A DNA stretch of 64,000 nucleotides from Sulfurimonas sp. GTDB taxonomy: Bacteria > Campylobacterota > Campylobacteria > Campylobacterales > Sulfurimonadaceae. Positions 1 to 9,810 of this stretch are shown piece after piece; the first letter of the stretch is position 1; the number at the start of each line of letters is the position of its first letter. Position numbers and translations under genes: made by a program. The notes beneath the pieces are model-generated. The model searched no databases and was not told where the DNA came from. It was given only the letters and a program-made list of their open reading frames with translations. Where the stretch lies: contig JBAZSV010000005.1 of assembly GCA_041662265.1 (NCBI GenBank), positions 124,010 through 188,009 on the forward strand. Reading direction: 5' to 3'.

Positions 1-93
1 CGTATCATCGAACTTCGTGCAGATGGAACTTATGTGGACTTCAAAGGCTCGTATGAAGAGTTCGCTGAAGCTAAACATAACGGACACATTTAA
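1..93 (+). CDS. 3-prime end of a CDS entering from upstream (possibly an ABC-F type ATPase C-terminus)
   Basis: Frame 1 is open from base 1 to TAA at 91-93 (RIIELRADGTYVDFKGSYEEFAEAKHNGHI*). The tail resembles ABC-F C-termini, but only 30 aa are visible. Confidence 0.3.
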   Translation, partial: RIIELRADGTYVDFKGSYEEFAEAKHNGHI

Positions 94-98
94 AATTC

Positions 99-182
99 TC
101 CAGCATTCATGCTGGAAGCTTTAGGGGATTGCAAAGGACATTCGTGTCCTTGCCACTCAAATGGGCTTTGCTCATTTAAGTG
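99..182 (+). other. Three abutting short hairpins in the 111-nt spacer before ORF 205
   Basis: Hairpins: 99-116 TCCAGCAT-tc-ATGCTGGA; 131-153 GCAAAGGACA-ttcg-TGTCCTTGC (UUCG loop, one bulge); 154-182 CACTCAAATGGGC-ttt-GCTCATTTAAGTG (13 bp, one mismatch, one G-T). Confidence 0.6.
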
Positions 183-204
183 TATTAAATAAAAAGGGAA
201 TACG

Positions 205-1062
205 ATGCCAAAATATGAAAACTTTATAGGGCTTGGGATTGCAGGTAACTTTGCACTTCACTTGGCTCAGGCTGGGGAGTTAGAAGAGTTTAAAGATATT
301 ATTACGGCAGAGGAAGCAGCACCAAAAGGGATGTTTCCTTTTTATCTTCCTAAACCTAATTTCCCAATAGATGGACTTATTTTACACGCAAAAGATATTT
401 TAAGCACCTACCCTCTCTCTTCCTCAAACATCAGGTTACCAAAAGAAGATGTAAATGTTCAAGCAGAACCTGAAGTTGGTCTTATCTGTGATTTACACTA
501 CACAGCAGGGAAACTTTCAAAAATCACTCCTACTTATTTTGGTGCATACAATGACTGCTCAATTCGCGTGGCAGGTGCAAGTAAAATAAGTGACAAAAAA
601 AACTGGGGTGAGGACAGTAAAGGTTTTAGTAATACACTTATCAAAATAGACAAGTTTGAAGAGGGTGGAGTAATGGACGACTACGCGATATGTAGTTTTC
701 TACGCCGTGATGGCGAACTTCATGCCTATGGCGAAGATGTTGCACTGAGTGGATACAGTTACTTTTATGGAAAACTTTTGGATTGGATGCGCAACCAAAT
801 AACTACACAAGAAGATTTTGGTCCACTTGAGGCTGTTGAAGAGTATATCATGGCATGTGGAAGTCCAAAAGAAGCGCTTATAAGTATAGGCGCTACGCGT
901 TATACTGCGTATGGAGAAAAAACATTTTTAAAACTCCACGATGAACTTTTTGTCATACTTTACAACTCTAAAATTTTGAGCGCAGAAGATATTTTAAACA
1001 GCATAAACAACAACTCTTTTGATGAAAAAAATATGAGCGTTTTAGCGCAAAAAGTTCTCTAG
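205..1062 (+). CDS. Conserved hypothetical protein, possibly a fumarylacetoacetate-hydrolase (FAH) fold
   Basis: 285-aa ORF with AAGGGA RBS-like sequence upstream. The segment AEPEVGLICD...FGAYNDCSIRV...KKNWGEDSKGF loosely resembles FAH-family motifs. Confidence 0.45.
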   Translation: MPKYENFIGLGIAGNFALHLAQAGELEEFKDIITAEEAAPKGMFPFYLPKPNFPIDGLILHAKDILSTYPLSSSNIRLPKEDVNVQAEPEVGLICDLHYTAGKLSKITPTYFGAYNDCSIRVAGASKISDKKNWGEDSKGFSNTLIKIDKFEEGGVMDDYAICSFLRRDGELHAYGEDVALSGYSYFYGKLLDWMRNQITTQEDFGPLEAVEEYIMACGSPKEALISIGATRYTAYGEKTFLKLHDELFVILYNSKILSAEDILNSINNNSFDEKNMSVLAQKVL

Positions 1063-1071
1063 GTTCAAAAA

Positions 1072-1416
1072 ATGAGTCGAGGTAAAAAGTTAGATATTTT
1101 CATCGGTGCAGACATTGACACGAGTTGGTATGTCGTACAAGATGAGAGAAAGTCTGCTGTCTCAGATGAAATTTTAGAACCCTCAAAACACTTTTTACTC
1201 TTCAAAAAAGAGAAACGAAAAGGTAAAACTGTGACTCTCGTAGGCGAGTTCCACATGCCAAGTACAGATTGCACTGCAACACTCCAAACACTTAAAAAAA
1301 GACTTGGATGTGGCGGAACTTACAAAGATGGCTGGATGGAATTTCAAGGCGAAATAAAAGAGAAAGTACGCGCACTTTTAGTTGAAGAGGGATTTAGGTT
1401 TAAGCCTAAACACTAA
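1072..1416 (+). CDS. yciH: SUI1/YciH-type translation initiation factor-like protein
   Basis: 114 aa. KGKTVTLVGEF...LKKRLGCGGTYKDGWMEFQGEIKEKV matches the YciH/eIF1 signature (KGK-V..I.G, CGCGG..KDG.IEIQGD). Confidence 0.8.
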   Translation: MSRGKKLDIFIGADIDTSWYVVQDERKSAVSDEILEPSKHFLLFKKEKRKGKTVTLVGEFHMPSTDCTATLQTLKKRLGCGGTYKDGWMEFQGEIKEKVRALLVEEGFRFKPKH

Positions 1417-2674
1417 CCTCTTCAATACTCCACGGCTCTTTTAGTACTGTTGCTTCACTAATACTTGAATCTATAACGAAACGATTTCTTCCTCTTTCTT
1501 TTGCATAGTAAAGCATTTTATCTGCATGAGAAAGTAATAAATTTTCATCAAGTGAATCATCAGCTACGCAACTTACAACGCCTAGAGATATGGTTAAAAA
1601 ATCACTTACTTGTGAATTTTTATGTTTTATCTTTATCTCTTGAACAGCATCACAAAGCATTTGCGCTAGCATTGCACTACTCTCTTCATCCGTTTGGGTT
1701 AGTAAAACACCGAACTCCTCACCGCCTAATCTAAAAACAAAATCACCTGGTCTATGCAAAGTATCTTTTAAAACTTTTGCTACTTCTTTAAGAGCATTAT
1801 CACCTTCAATATGACCATAAGTATCGTTGTATTGTTTAAAAAAATCTATATCTATCATCATAAATGTTACATAAGTAAATAAACGCTTTGCTCTTTTTAT
1901 TTCTCTTTCATAGACGAGATTAAAATATCTTCTATTATGTAAAGAAGTGAGAGAGTCTGTGTAAGAAACTGTTTCAAGCTTTCTGTTTGCATTTCTTAGT
2001 TTTTTAGCTGTAATCTCAAGTTGTGTATGGTCTTTTTGAATACTTCTAAACACTTGGTAAGAGATAAATAACACAGCAATAATTATAAACACCAGAACAA
2101 GACCAACTTCCATAATTGTTGCGTCATAGAGTTTCAAAAACTGCTTTCTATCATACTTGGCAACATCAACTTCATAATTTATAAGTTTTTGGATGACTGA
2201 ACTAATATGTACAATTTTTTTATCAATAGATATCGTAGATAATGTAGTTAATTCCACACCCACCTTTTGAGCTTCCAATATATCTCCAAAAAAGCTATTT
2301 GCAGATTTTATTTCCGATGAAACATACTCAACATATTCAACTTCATCATCTCTTTTAAAATGTTTTTCATAACTTGACCATAACTCGTCAATCTTAGCGA
2401 GTGACACTTCTATCTGCATTAAGGATTCACTTGGACTTAATTCTGAACCTTTTGCCCTATAAAATGTGTTTGCAATACTTCCATGATAGACTTGTAAAAT
2501 CTCATTTAATTCTGTAACGGGTATGAGTGAGCCAAAGTAAAGTGAATCTAATTTTTTTTTCATAGAATTAATATTAACAGTTCCCATAACGCCTACGCTT
2601 ATAAGACCTAAAGTTATAAGTAAAAAAAGAAAAAACAGTTTGCTTCTAAATCTTAAAGCTTCTATAAACTTCAT
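1406..2674 (-). CDS. Membrane sensor diguanylate cyclase (GGDEF domain)
   Basis: 422 aa with an N-terminal TM segment, a helical sensor region and a second TM. The C-terminal GGDEF domain carries RLGGEEFGVLL and DIDFFKQYNDTYGH. Its 3-prime end overlaps yciH convergently by 11 nt. Confidence 0.85.
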   Translation of the reverse strand: MKFIEALRFRSKLFFLFLLITLGLISVGVMGTVNINSMKKKLDSLYFGSLIPVTELNEILQVYHGSIANTFYRAKGSELSPSESLMQIEVSLAKIDELWSSYEKHFKRDDEVEYVEYVSSEIKSANSFFGDILEAQKVGVELTTLSTISIDKKIVHISSVIQKLINYEVDVAKYDRKQFLKLYDATIMEVGLVLVFIIIAVLFISYQVFRSIQKDHTQLEITAKKLRNANRKLETVSYTDSLTSLHNRRYFNLVYEREIKRAKRLFTYVTFMMIDIDFFKQYNDTYGHIEGDNALKEVAKVLKDTLHRPGDFVFRLGGEEFGVLLTQTDEESSAMLAQMLCDAVQEIKIKHKNSQVSDFLTISLGVVSCVADDSLDENLLLSHADKMLYYAKERGRNRFVIDSSISEATVLKEPWSIEEVSV

Positions 2675-2829
2675 ATAACTCCCTCTATATTAACTTTTTA
2701 TAAAGCATCTTTTATGCCATTTTTATTGGTAAACTTATTTTATGCTAAAATAGTATAGTTATTCAAAGATTAGGTAAATTGCAATGTTAATAAACGGGTT
2801 ACAAATCAAAAAAAATTATAAACTATGGC

Positions 2830-3495
2830 ATGTGGATGAATGAAAAAATAAATTTAATACAGAAAGTAAATTTTTTTAAGTCCTTAGATAGTGCAGAGCT
2901 TGAAATTATTCAAGGTATTTCAAATATAACGAAACATCCAAAAAATTCAATATTGCATTATGAAAATGACATCTTTAATAAGATATTTTTTCTTGCTTCT
3001 GGACTTTTAAAAGTGTATAAAATAGATAAGTTTGACAACGAAATATTTTTATACCATATATACGAGGGTTCACTCATCTCCGAACTCACGACTCTCGATA
3101 CTAATGCTATACAATGTTTTTCAAATTCAGAGTTTATAGAAGATAGCATTATTTTAGAAGTTGATTTTATGGAATTAAAAAAAATGCTCTCACGCAACAA
3201 CACGCTCAATACAAGTTTCATTAACGAAGTACTTTTAAAAACGCAGCAACTTCATTGTGTTGTAAATAGAGAATTGGTCTTTGACGCAACAGCAAAAGTT
3301 GCATATATGCTGAGCGATGATTTAAAAATGTTTAATTCTCTACAAAGACAAGAAGTTTCTTTTATGTTGCACATCCAACCTGAAACGCTCTCTCGTGTTT
3401 TAAAAAAACTAAAAAGAAGCAGTATTATAGATATAGAACATAATGCTATTGTTATAATTGACAAAGAATCTCTCAAAAAAATTTACAGAGGCTAA
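2830..3495 (+). CDS. Crp/Fnr-family transcriptional regulator (no N-terminal Cys cluster; FNR-type E--SR recognition helix)
   Basis: 221 aa with a cNMP-binding-like N-terminal domain and a C-terminal HTH (SFMLHIQPETLSRVLKKLKRSSII). The start may be ATG 2836. It lies immediately upstream of the nap genes. Confidence 0.8.
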   Translation: MWMNEKINLIQKVNFFKSLDSAELEIIQGISNITKHPKNSILHYENDIFNKIFFLASGLLKVYKIDKFDNEIFLYHIYEGSLISELTTLDTNAIQCFSNSEFIEDSIILEVDFMELKKMLSRNNTLNTSFINEVLLKTQQLHCVVNRELVFDATAKVAYMLSDDLKMFNSLQRQEVSFMLHIQPETLSRVLKKLKRSSIIDIEHNAIVIIDKESLKKIYRG

Positions 3496-3500
3496 GAATT

Positions 3501-4514
3501 ATGAAAAAAACAACCAAGATAAGTACAAAAATTAAAATACTCGGTGCTTTGCTCATCTTTTTAATGCTAAGTGCTTTAAGTACAACCATATACCTCAATC
3601 AACAAAATGTAAAAGATGCTTTGGTTGTCAATATTGTTGGTAAACAAAGAATGCTAAGCCAAAAAATAGCTAAAAATATTTTTTATATATATTATAGTTC
3701 TAACAAAGATTTTAATGAATTAAATGCAGCAACGGATGAATTTACAAAAGCTCTCAACACTCTGAAATATGGTGATAAAGAAAAAGAGATATCTTCAGCT
3801 CCAACAGATAAAATATATGCACAACTCATCGAAGTCAATTTTCTTTGGGAAAAGTTCTATGAAGACATCCAAAACTTCAAACTTTACAGTAATTCTAATG
3901 ATATAAATAAAGATGCCCAACGCAACATACTAGTAACAACCATCAATAACAATAACACTATTTTGCTAGAAAATGTAGATAAATTAGTGACTCTTTATAC
4001 TGAACATAGCGAAAATAAAACAGAATATATGAAAATTTTTCAATATTCTGTTGCAGTAATCCTTCTTATTTTACTTATATATTCACTTCTACAACTCAGA
4101 TCCATCGAGTCGCATGTAGATGAGTTTATAAACTACTCAAAATTATTAGCAGCTGACAAAAATGGAAAGAAAATAGAACCAATGAAACTAGAAACACAAA
4201 ATGAGCATGAGATAGTTGAAGTGAGTGATACTATAAACTGCTTTATTAACAAAATTAATTCAGCAATTGATTATTCAAATGAAGCCTTACTCCAATCTCA
4301 AAGAGCTTCAGACAAACTAGAAGAACTTACAGATGAATTTGACACCATTTTAAATGAGCTTCAAGACGCTTCTTTAGTTTCTAAACATCTCTACACTAGC
4401 GAAGATATTGTTATAGAATCGGCAGAAGGACTTATTAGCGCAACAAAAAAATTACAAAATCTAAAATTAGAATTAGAAAAACTCACTAAAAGTTGTCACA
4501 GCAGTAGCCTATAA
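3501..4514 (+). CDS. Membrane sensor with PilJ/NarX-like periplasmic domain and HAMP-like segment, no recognisable output domain
   Basis: 337 aa. TM1 is followed by VNIVGKQRMLSQKIAKNIF (PilJ/NarX P-box-like), then TM2 (SVAVILLILLIYSLL). A HAMP-like EPMKL...HEIVEVSDTINCFINKI and a coiled coil follow. Confidence 0.6.
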   Translation: MKKTTKISTKIKILGALLIFLMLSALSTTIYLNQQNVKDALVVNIVGKQRMLSQKIAKNIFYIYYSSNKDFNELNAATDEFTKALNTLKYGDKEKEISSAPTDKIYAQLIEVNFLWEKFYEDIQNFKLYSNSNDINKDAQRNILVTTINNNNTILLENVDKLVTLYTEHSENKTEYMKIFQYSVAVILLILLIYSLLQLRSIESHVDEFINYSKLLAADKNGKKIEPMKLETQNEHEIVEVSDTINCFINKINSAIDYSNEALLQSQRASDKLEELTDEFDTILNELQDASLVSKHLYTSEDIVIESAEGLISATKKLQNLKLELEKLTKSCHSSSL

Positions 4515-4527
4515 TCCAAATAATCTT

Positions 4528-4541
4528 TTGACATAAATCAA
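4528..4541 (+). promoter_or_regulatory. FNR/Crp-type palindromic box TTGAC-ATAA-ATCAA upstream of napA
   Basis: 9 of 10 match to the TTGAT-N4-ATCAA consensus. The box centre lies about 41-42 nt upstream of the TSS predicted from the -10 at 4564-4569. Confidence 0.55.
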
Positions 4542-4560
4542 GGGTTTTCTTTTTTCAAAG

Positions 4561-4569
4561 TGATAATAT
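4561..4569 (+). promoter_or_regulatory. Extended -10 element TGaTAATAT (putative nap promoter)
   Basis: TG-n-TAATAT motif 88 nt upstream of the napA ATG, with correct spacing for a class II FNR-type promoter relative to the 4528-4541 box. Confidence 0.45.
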
Positions 4570-4656
4570 TGAATTGTTAATAAAAACCTTAACAAAGTTA
4601 GAGTTGAATATGTTTAAGAATTGTTTAACTTTAAATATTATCAAACAGGAGAAAAT

Positions 4657-7512
4657 ATGTCACTTTCAAGAAGAGAATTTCTTAAAAGTTCAGCAGCGGC
4701 CTCAGCGGCAGCAGCAATTGGTATGACTGTACCAGCTGAACTTAGAGCAGCGGCGGATGTTGCCGAGGGTAACTGGAGATGGGATAAAGCGGCTTGTCGT
4801 TTTTGTGGTACAGGTTGTGGTATTATGATGGCTACAAAAGATGGCAAGATTGTTGCTGTTAAGGGAGATCCTGCAGCTCCAGTAAATAGAGGTCTTAACT
4901 GTATTAAAGGATACTTTAATGCTAAAATTATGTATGGTGCAGATAGACTTACTCAGCCTCTGCTAAGAGTTGGTGCTGATGGAAAATTTGATAAAAAGGG
5001 CAAATTTGCTCCTGTTTCATGGCAAAGAGCTTTTGATGAAATGGAATTTAACATCAAAAAAGCACTCAAATCTGGTGGTCCTGAAGCAGTAGGGGTGTTT
5101 GCTTCTGGTCAACACACTATTATGGAAGGTTATGCGGCTCAAAAAATGATGAAAGGTGGCTTTCGCTCAAACGCTTTTGACCCAAATGCTCGTCATTGTA
5201 TGGCTTCTGCCGTTGTTGGATTTTACCAAACTTTTGGTATTGATGAACCATCTGGTTGTTATGATGATATTGAGCTTACAGATACGATTGTAGCTTGGGG
5301 TTCAAACATGGCAGAGATGCACCCAATTTTATGGTCACGTGTAACAGACAGAAAACTCTCAGATCCTGAGCGTGTAAAAGTTATTTCAATTCAAACTTAT
5401 AAACACAGAACTTCTGACTTAGCGGATATAGAAATAATTTTCTCACCAAATACTGACCTTGCTCTATGGAACTATATTGCGCATGAAATCGTATATAACA
5501 AACCTGATGCAATTGATTGGGATTTTGTTAAAAAACATATAGTGTTCGCTGCAAGTCCTGTCAATATTGGTTATGGAATGCGTAAAGCTGGTGAAAAATC
5601 ACTCACTCCTGTTAATCCTGATGGAAGCGCTGGAAAGTACAGTGCAAAAGAAATGCAAATTGTAAACAAAGAGATGAGTAAAGTTATCTCTGCAAAAGAA
5701 GCACCTGCTCTTAAACCTTACGGTTATAAAGAAGGCGATGTTATGACAAACAAAGATGCTCCTAATGCAAATCTTGGGCACTGGGAAATCTCGTTTGATG
5801 AGTATAAAAAAGCCTTAGAGCCGTACACACTTGATTATGTTGCGACTATCTCAAAAGGAAATCCTGATGAAGATATCAACGAATTTAAGAAAAAACTTCA
5901 AACACTTGCAGACCTTTACATTGAAAAAGGAAGAAAAGTAGTTTCATTCTGGACAATGGGTATGAACCAACATACGCGTGGTACTTGGGTAAATACACTC
6001 TCTTACAATGTTCACTTTTTACTAAACAAACAAGCACTTCCAGGTTCTGGAGCTTTCAGTTTAACAGGTCAACCTTCGGCATGTGGAACTGCAAGAGAAG
6101 TTGGAACATTTACACACAGATTACCAGCGGATATGATGGTTGCTGTTCCTAAACATAGAGAAATCGTTGAAAACAGATGGAAAATCCCGAACGGAACACT
6201 CAATCCTGTTGGCAATCAAACTATTATGAAAATTCATAGAGATATTGAAGATGGATTCATAAAGTTTGCATGGGTAAATGTTTGTAACCCTTATCAAGAT
6301 TCTGCAAATGCAGAGCATTGGATTAAGGCGGCAAGAGAGATGGATAACTTCATTGTAACTTCAGATGGTTATCCAGGAATAAGTGCAAAAGTTTCGGACC
6401 TTATCTTACCATCGGCTATGATTTATGAAAAGTGGGGTGGATATGGAAATGCAGAACGCAGAACACAGCTCTGGAGACAACAAGTTCTTCCAGTAGGCGA
6501 TGCTATGAGTGATACTTGGCAATGGGTTGAGCTTTCAAAAAGATTTACTGTTAAAGATGTGTGGGGTGAACAACCTCTTCGTGGTAAAAATGAAGATGGA
6601 ACGCCTAAAAAACTTCCAAGCGTAATCGACAAAGCTAAAGCTATGGGTTACACGGAAGATACAACTATGTTTGAAATTCTTTTTGCAAACAAAGAGGCAA
6701 AATCTTATAAAATTGATTTGAACTCTTTCCCTCAACAAGGTTACGATAATACTGATGGCAATGGCGATAGCAGAAATGTCAAAGGTAGTGATGGCAAAGT
6801 CTTTGAAGGGTATGGATTTATGATTCAAGAATATCTTTTTGAAGAGTATGCAAGTTTTGGTAGAGGACATGGGCATGACCTTGCACCATTTACAGTTTAC
6901 CACAAAGTGCGTGGACTCAAATGGCCAGTTGTTGATGGTAAAGAAACACAATGGAGATTCAATTCTCAATACGATCCTTATGCAGCAAAAGAGACTATAG
7001 AGAGTGGAAATTCCCATGCATTCTACGGTACTATAGCAAAAGAGCTTATGCAGGGCGATTTGATGGGCGTTAAAGATAAAACAGCAAGAGCTCTTAAAAA
7101 TAAAGCCAAAATATTTGCTCGTCCGTACATGGATCCACCAGAAATGCCAGATGCAGAGTATCCAACATGGTTATCGACGGGTCGTGTGCTAGAACACTGG
7201 CACTCAGGAACTATGACTATGCGTGTACCTGAACTTTATCGTGCAGTTCCAGAAGCACTCTGTTACATGCATCCAGAAGATGCAAAAAAATTCGATGTTA
7301 AACAAGGTGAGCTTTGCTGGGTAGAGTCTCGTCGTGGTAAAGTAAAAGCAAGGGTTGAGACGCGTGGTAGAAATAAACCATCTCGTGGACTTGTATTTGT
7401 TCCTTGGTTTGATGAAAAAGTTTTTATCAACAAAGTGTGTTTAGATGCAACTTGTCCTCAATCAGGGCAAACTGACTTTAAAAAATGTGCTGTAAAAGTT
7501 TACAAAGCATAA
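4657..7512 (+). CDS. napA: Periplasmic nitrate reductase catalytic subunit NapA
   Basis: ATG at 4657 is preceded by AGGAG. It has a twin-arginine signal ([19 protein letters not shown]) and the N-terminal 4Fe-4S motif CRFCGTGCG, and is a roughly 950-aa molybdopterin oxidoreductase. Confidence 0.95.
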   Translation: MSLSRREFLKSSAAASAAAAIGMTVPAELRAAADVAEGNWRWDKAACRFCGTGCGIMMATKDGKIVAVKGDPAAPVNRGLNCIKGYFNAKIMYGADRLTQPLLRVGADGKFDKKGKFAPVSWQRAFDEMEFNIKKALKSGGPEAVGVFASGQHTIMEGYAAQKMMKGGFRSNAFDPNARHCMASAVVGFYQTFGIDEPSGCYDDIELTDTIVAWGSNMAEMHPILWSRVTDRKLSDPERVKVISIQTYKHRTSDLADIEIIFSPNTDLALWNYIAHEIVYNKPDAIDWDFVKKHIVFAASPVNIGYGMRKAGEKSLTPVNPDGSAGKYSAKEMQIVNKEMSKVISAKEAPALKPYGYKEGDVMTNKDAPNANLGHWEISFDEYKKALEPYTLDYVATISKGNPDEDINEFKKKLQTLADLYIEKGRKVVSFWTMGMNQHTRGTWVNTLSYNVHFLLNKQALPGSGAFSLTGQPSACGTAREVGTFTHRLPADMMVAVPKHREIVENRWKIPNGTLNPVGNQTIMKIHRDIEDGFIKFAWVNVCNPYQDSANAEHWIKAAREMDNFIVTSDGYPGISAKVSDLILPSAMIYEKWGGYGNAERRTQLWRQQVLPVGDAMSDTWQWVELSKRFTVKDVWGEQPLRGKNEDGTPKKLPSVIDKAKAMGYTEDTTMFEILFANKEAKSYKIDLNSFPQQGYDNTDGNGDSRNVKGSDGKVFEGYGFMIQEYLFEEYASFGRGHGHDLAPFTVYHKVRGLKWPVVDGKETQWRFNSQYDPYAAKETIESGNSHAFYGTIAKELMQGDLMGVKDKTARALKNKAKIFARPYMDPPEMPDAEYPTWLSTGRVLEHWHSGTMTMRVPELYRAVPEALCYMHPEDAKKFDVKQGELCWVESRRGKVKARVETRGRNKPSRGLVFVPWFDEKVFINKVCLDATCPQSGQTDFKKCAVKVYKA

Positions 7513-7552
7513 ATAAATCTATAAGAAAGATAGTATATTGAGCGAAACTAAA

Positions 7553-8344
7553 ATGAAAAAAGAACCTTTAAGTGATAGAAGAAAATTTATTCTTAATATG
7601 GCTAAAGGTGCAGGTATTGCTACAATTGGTGGATTTGTGTGGAGTGCGCATGTGGATGAAGTGAAAGCTTCACCACTTACACTTCGCCCACCAGGTGCAT
7701 TAAAAGAAGATGATTTTTTAAAAACATGTATCAAATGTGGACTTTGTGTTATAGCATGTCCATACCATACACTCGTTTTAGCAAAACCAGGAGATAACAA
7801 ACCTTTAGGAACACCTTATTTTATTCCTAGAGATATTCCTTGTTATATGTGTATTTCAATTCCCTGTGTACCTGTTTGTCCAAGTGGTGCATTAGATGAA
7901 AAAAGTGTAACTACGGATGGAAAATTAGATATAACTGTAGCCGATATGGGCGTTGCAGTCATTGATGATAATAGTTGTATAGCATTTTGGGGTATTCAAT
8001 GTGACGCGTGTTATAGAGCTTGTCCTCTTTTAGGTAAAGCAATAACTATAGAGTATTCTAAAAATGAGCGAACTGGTAAACATGCGTTTATGAAACCAGT
8101 GGTTCAAAGTGATGTTTGTACGGGGTGTGGACTTTGTGAAAGAGCATGTGTCACTGAAAAAGCAGCGATATTTGTACTTCCTAGAGAAATTGCTCTTGGT
8201 CGTGTTGGAGACCACTATATCAAAGGTTGGGATAAAAATGATGAGAAACGCATAGAAAAAGCTTCATCAAAAACTACAACAACTGAGATAAGTAAAGAGT
8301 CTGCTATTGACTCACTCAATGACGGGTTAAAGGATTTAAACTAA
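7553..8344 (+). CDS. napG: Ferredoxin-type protein NapG
   Basis: Tat-like RRKFIL signal and four Cys clusters (CIKCGLCVIACP, CYMCISIPCVPVCP, CDACYRACP, CTGCGLCERAC). The track ORF starts at TTG 7538, but ATG 7553 is more likely. Confidence 0.9.
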   Translation: MKKEPLSDRRKFILNMAKGAGIATIGGFVWSAHVDEVKASPLTLRPPGALKEDDFLKTCIKCGLCVIACPYHTLVLAKPGDNKPLGTPYFIPRDIPCYMCISIPCVPVCPSGALDEKSVTTDGKLDITVADMGVAVIDDNSCIAFWGIQCDACYRACPLLGKAITIEYSKNERTGKHAFMKPVVQSDVCTGCGLCERACVTEKAAIFVLPREIALGRVGDHYIKGWDKNDEKRIEKASSKTTTTEISKESAIDSLNDGLKDLN

Positions 8345-9159
8345 TGGCTATGCTATGGAATAATTACAGATACCTGATACTTAGAAGAGTTACGCAAGTG
8401 GGTTTGTTGTTGCTCTATTTTGGAGCAAATGCTTGGGGATGGAAGTTTTTAATGGGCAATCTAAGCTCATCAAAAATTTTAGGTTTAATCCCTATGAGCG
8501 ACCCTTATGCAGTTTTACAAATGTTATTTGCAGGTGCGGTTTTATCCATTGATTTACTTATTGGTGTGGGAGTTGCTACTCTCTTTTATATGTTTATTGG
8601 TGGTCGTGCTTTTTGTAGCTGGGTTTGTCCTGTAAATATCATTACAGATAGTGCAAATTACCTAAGAAGAAAACTCTCTATCGACCGTGCGCAAGGCTTT
8701 AAACAACCAGCATCGAGAAATCTTCGCTACTGGATTTTGGCTCTTAGCTTGATCATCTCTATTGTGATGGGAGTAGCTGCTTTTGAGTTTATATCACCTA
8801 TCTCTATGGTTCATAGAGGTCTTGTGTTTGGTTTAGGTTTTGGTTGGGCAGCGATACTTATCATTTTTCTTTTTGACTTATTTGTCTTAAAAGATGGATG
8901 GTGTGGACATGTGTGTCCACTTGGTGGGTTTTATTCACTTTTAGGAAGCTTTAGTCTTATCAGAGTGTTGCACGATCAAGAGAAGTGTACTTTATGTATG
9001 AAATGTAAAACGGTTTGTCCTGAGCATCAAGTTCTACACATGATTGGCAAAGAGAGTTTATCTGTAACTTCAGGTGAATGTACGAATTGTGCAAGGTGTA
9101 TAGAAGTGTGCGATGATGATGCTTTAGGATTTTCTATTAGAAAATTAGCAAAAAAATAA
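8344..9159 (+). CDS. napH: Membrane-bound quinol dehydrogenase subunit NapH
   Basis: 271 aa with four TM segments, CSWVCPVN and CGHVCPLG motifs, and C-terminal ferredoxin motifs CTLCMKCKTVCP and CTNCARCIEVC. TAATG overlap with napG. Confidence 0.9.
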   Translation: MAMLWNNYRYLILRRVTQVGLLLLYFGANAWGWKFLMGNLSSSKILGLIPMSDPYAVLQMLFAGAVLSIDLLIGVGVATLFYMFIGGRAFCSWVCPVNIITDSANYLRRKLSIDRAQGFKQPASRNLRYWILALSLIISIVMGVAAFEFISPISMVHRGLVFGLGFGWAAILIIFLFDLFVLKDGWCGHVCPLGGFYSLLGSFSLIRVLHDQEKCTLCMKCKTVCPEHQVLHMIGKESLSVTSGECTNCARCIEVCDDDALGFSIRKLAKK

Positions 9160-9177
9160 TAAAGATGGGGGAAGAAA

Positions 9178-9807
9178 ATGAGAATAATAAGTAAAATTAC
9201 AATTGGTTTAGCTGCTGCTACATTACTAATTGTTGGGTGTAGTCCAAAGACTGTAAGTGAAGAGTCACTTGGACTTAGAAAAACTGCTCTTTATGCAGAA
9301 AGCAATGCAACACATGGTGATGAAACTAAGTATGGTACTGGTGCAGCAGGAAGTGGATACAAAATACAAAGAGCATTCCAAGATGCTCCGCCGATGATTC
9401 CACATGACATAGAAGGTATGACACCTATTACTATTGATAACAATCAATGTGTAAGTTGCCACATGCCAGAAGTTGCAGTTTCTGTTGGTGCGACATCTGT
9501 ACCACCATCACACTTAACTACTTTTAGACCAGCAGTTGCGCTCACTAAAGATGGAAAGTTGATGAACAATGGAGAAGTTGTTGATCCTGCTGCGAGTAGT
9601 AAAGCAAATGCGATTTCTATTAAATCAAATGGAGATAAACTCTCAGGTACAAGATTTAATTGTACGCAGTGTCACGCTCCACAGTCAGAAGGTCTAGCAG
9701 TAGAAAATAACTTCAAACCTGTCTATACAAGTAAAGACGGTGCAAACAAATCAAGCTGGAATGGTGCTAAAATGACGGAAGGTCTAAACACTGTTGAAGG
9801 TAAATAG
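9178..9807 (+). CDS. napB: Dihaem cytochrome c NapB
   Basis: Lipoprotein-like signal (LLIVGCS) and two CxxCH haem motifs (CVSCH, CTQCH), in the position after napH. Confidence 0.9.
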   Translation: MRIISKITIGLAAATLLIVGCSPKTVSEESLGLRKTALYAESNATHGDETKYGTGAAGSGYKIQRAFQDAPPMIPHDIEGMTPITIDNNQCVSCHMPEVAVSVGATSVPPSHLTTFRPAVALTKDGKLMNNGEVVDPAASSKANAISIKSNGDKLSGTRFNCTQCHAPQSEGLAVENNFKPVYTSKDGANKSSWNGAKMTEGLNTVEGK

Positions 9808-9810
9808 TTA

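Noticed and set aside
6535-7017. 160-aa minus-strand ORF, with several smaller ones, inside napA
   Set aside because: It is antisense to a highly conserved molybdoenzyme gene and its translation has no domain features. It is a shadow ORF. The same applies to the other short antisense or alternative-frame ORFs in the track (for example 1065-1274, 1501-1734, 2958-3476, 13800-14033, 35077-35394, 37546-38257, 51690-52010, 53178-53471, 53676-54044 and 55007-55521).
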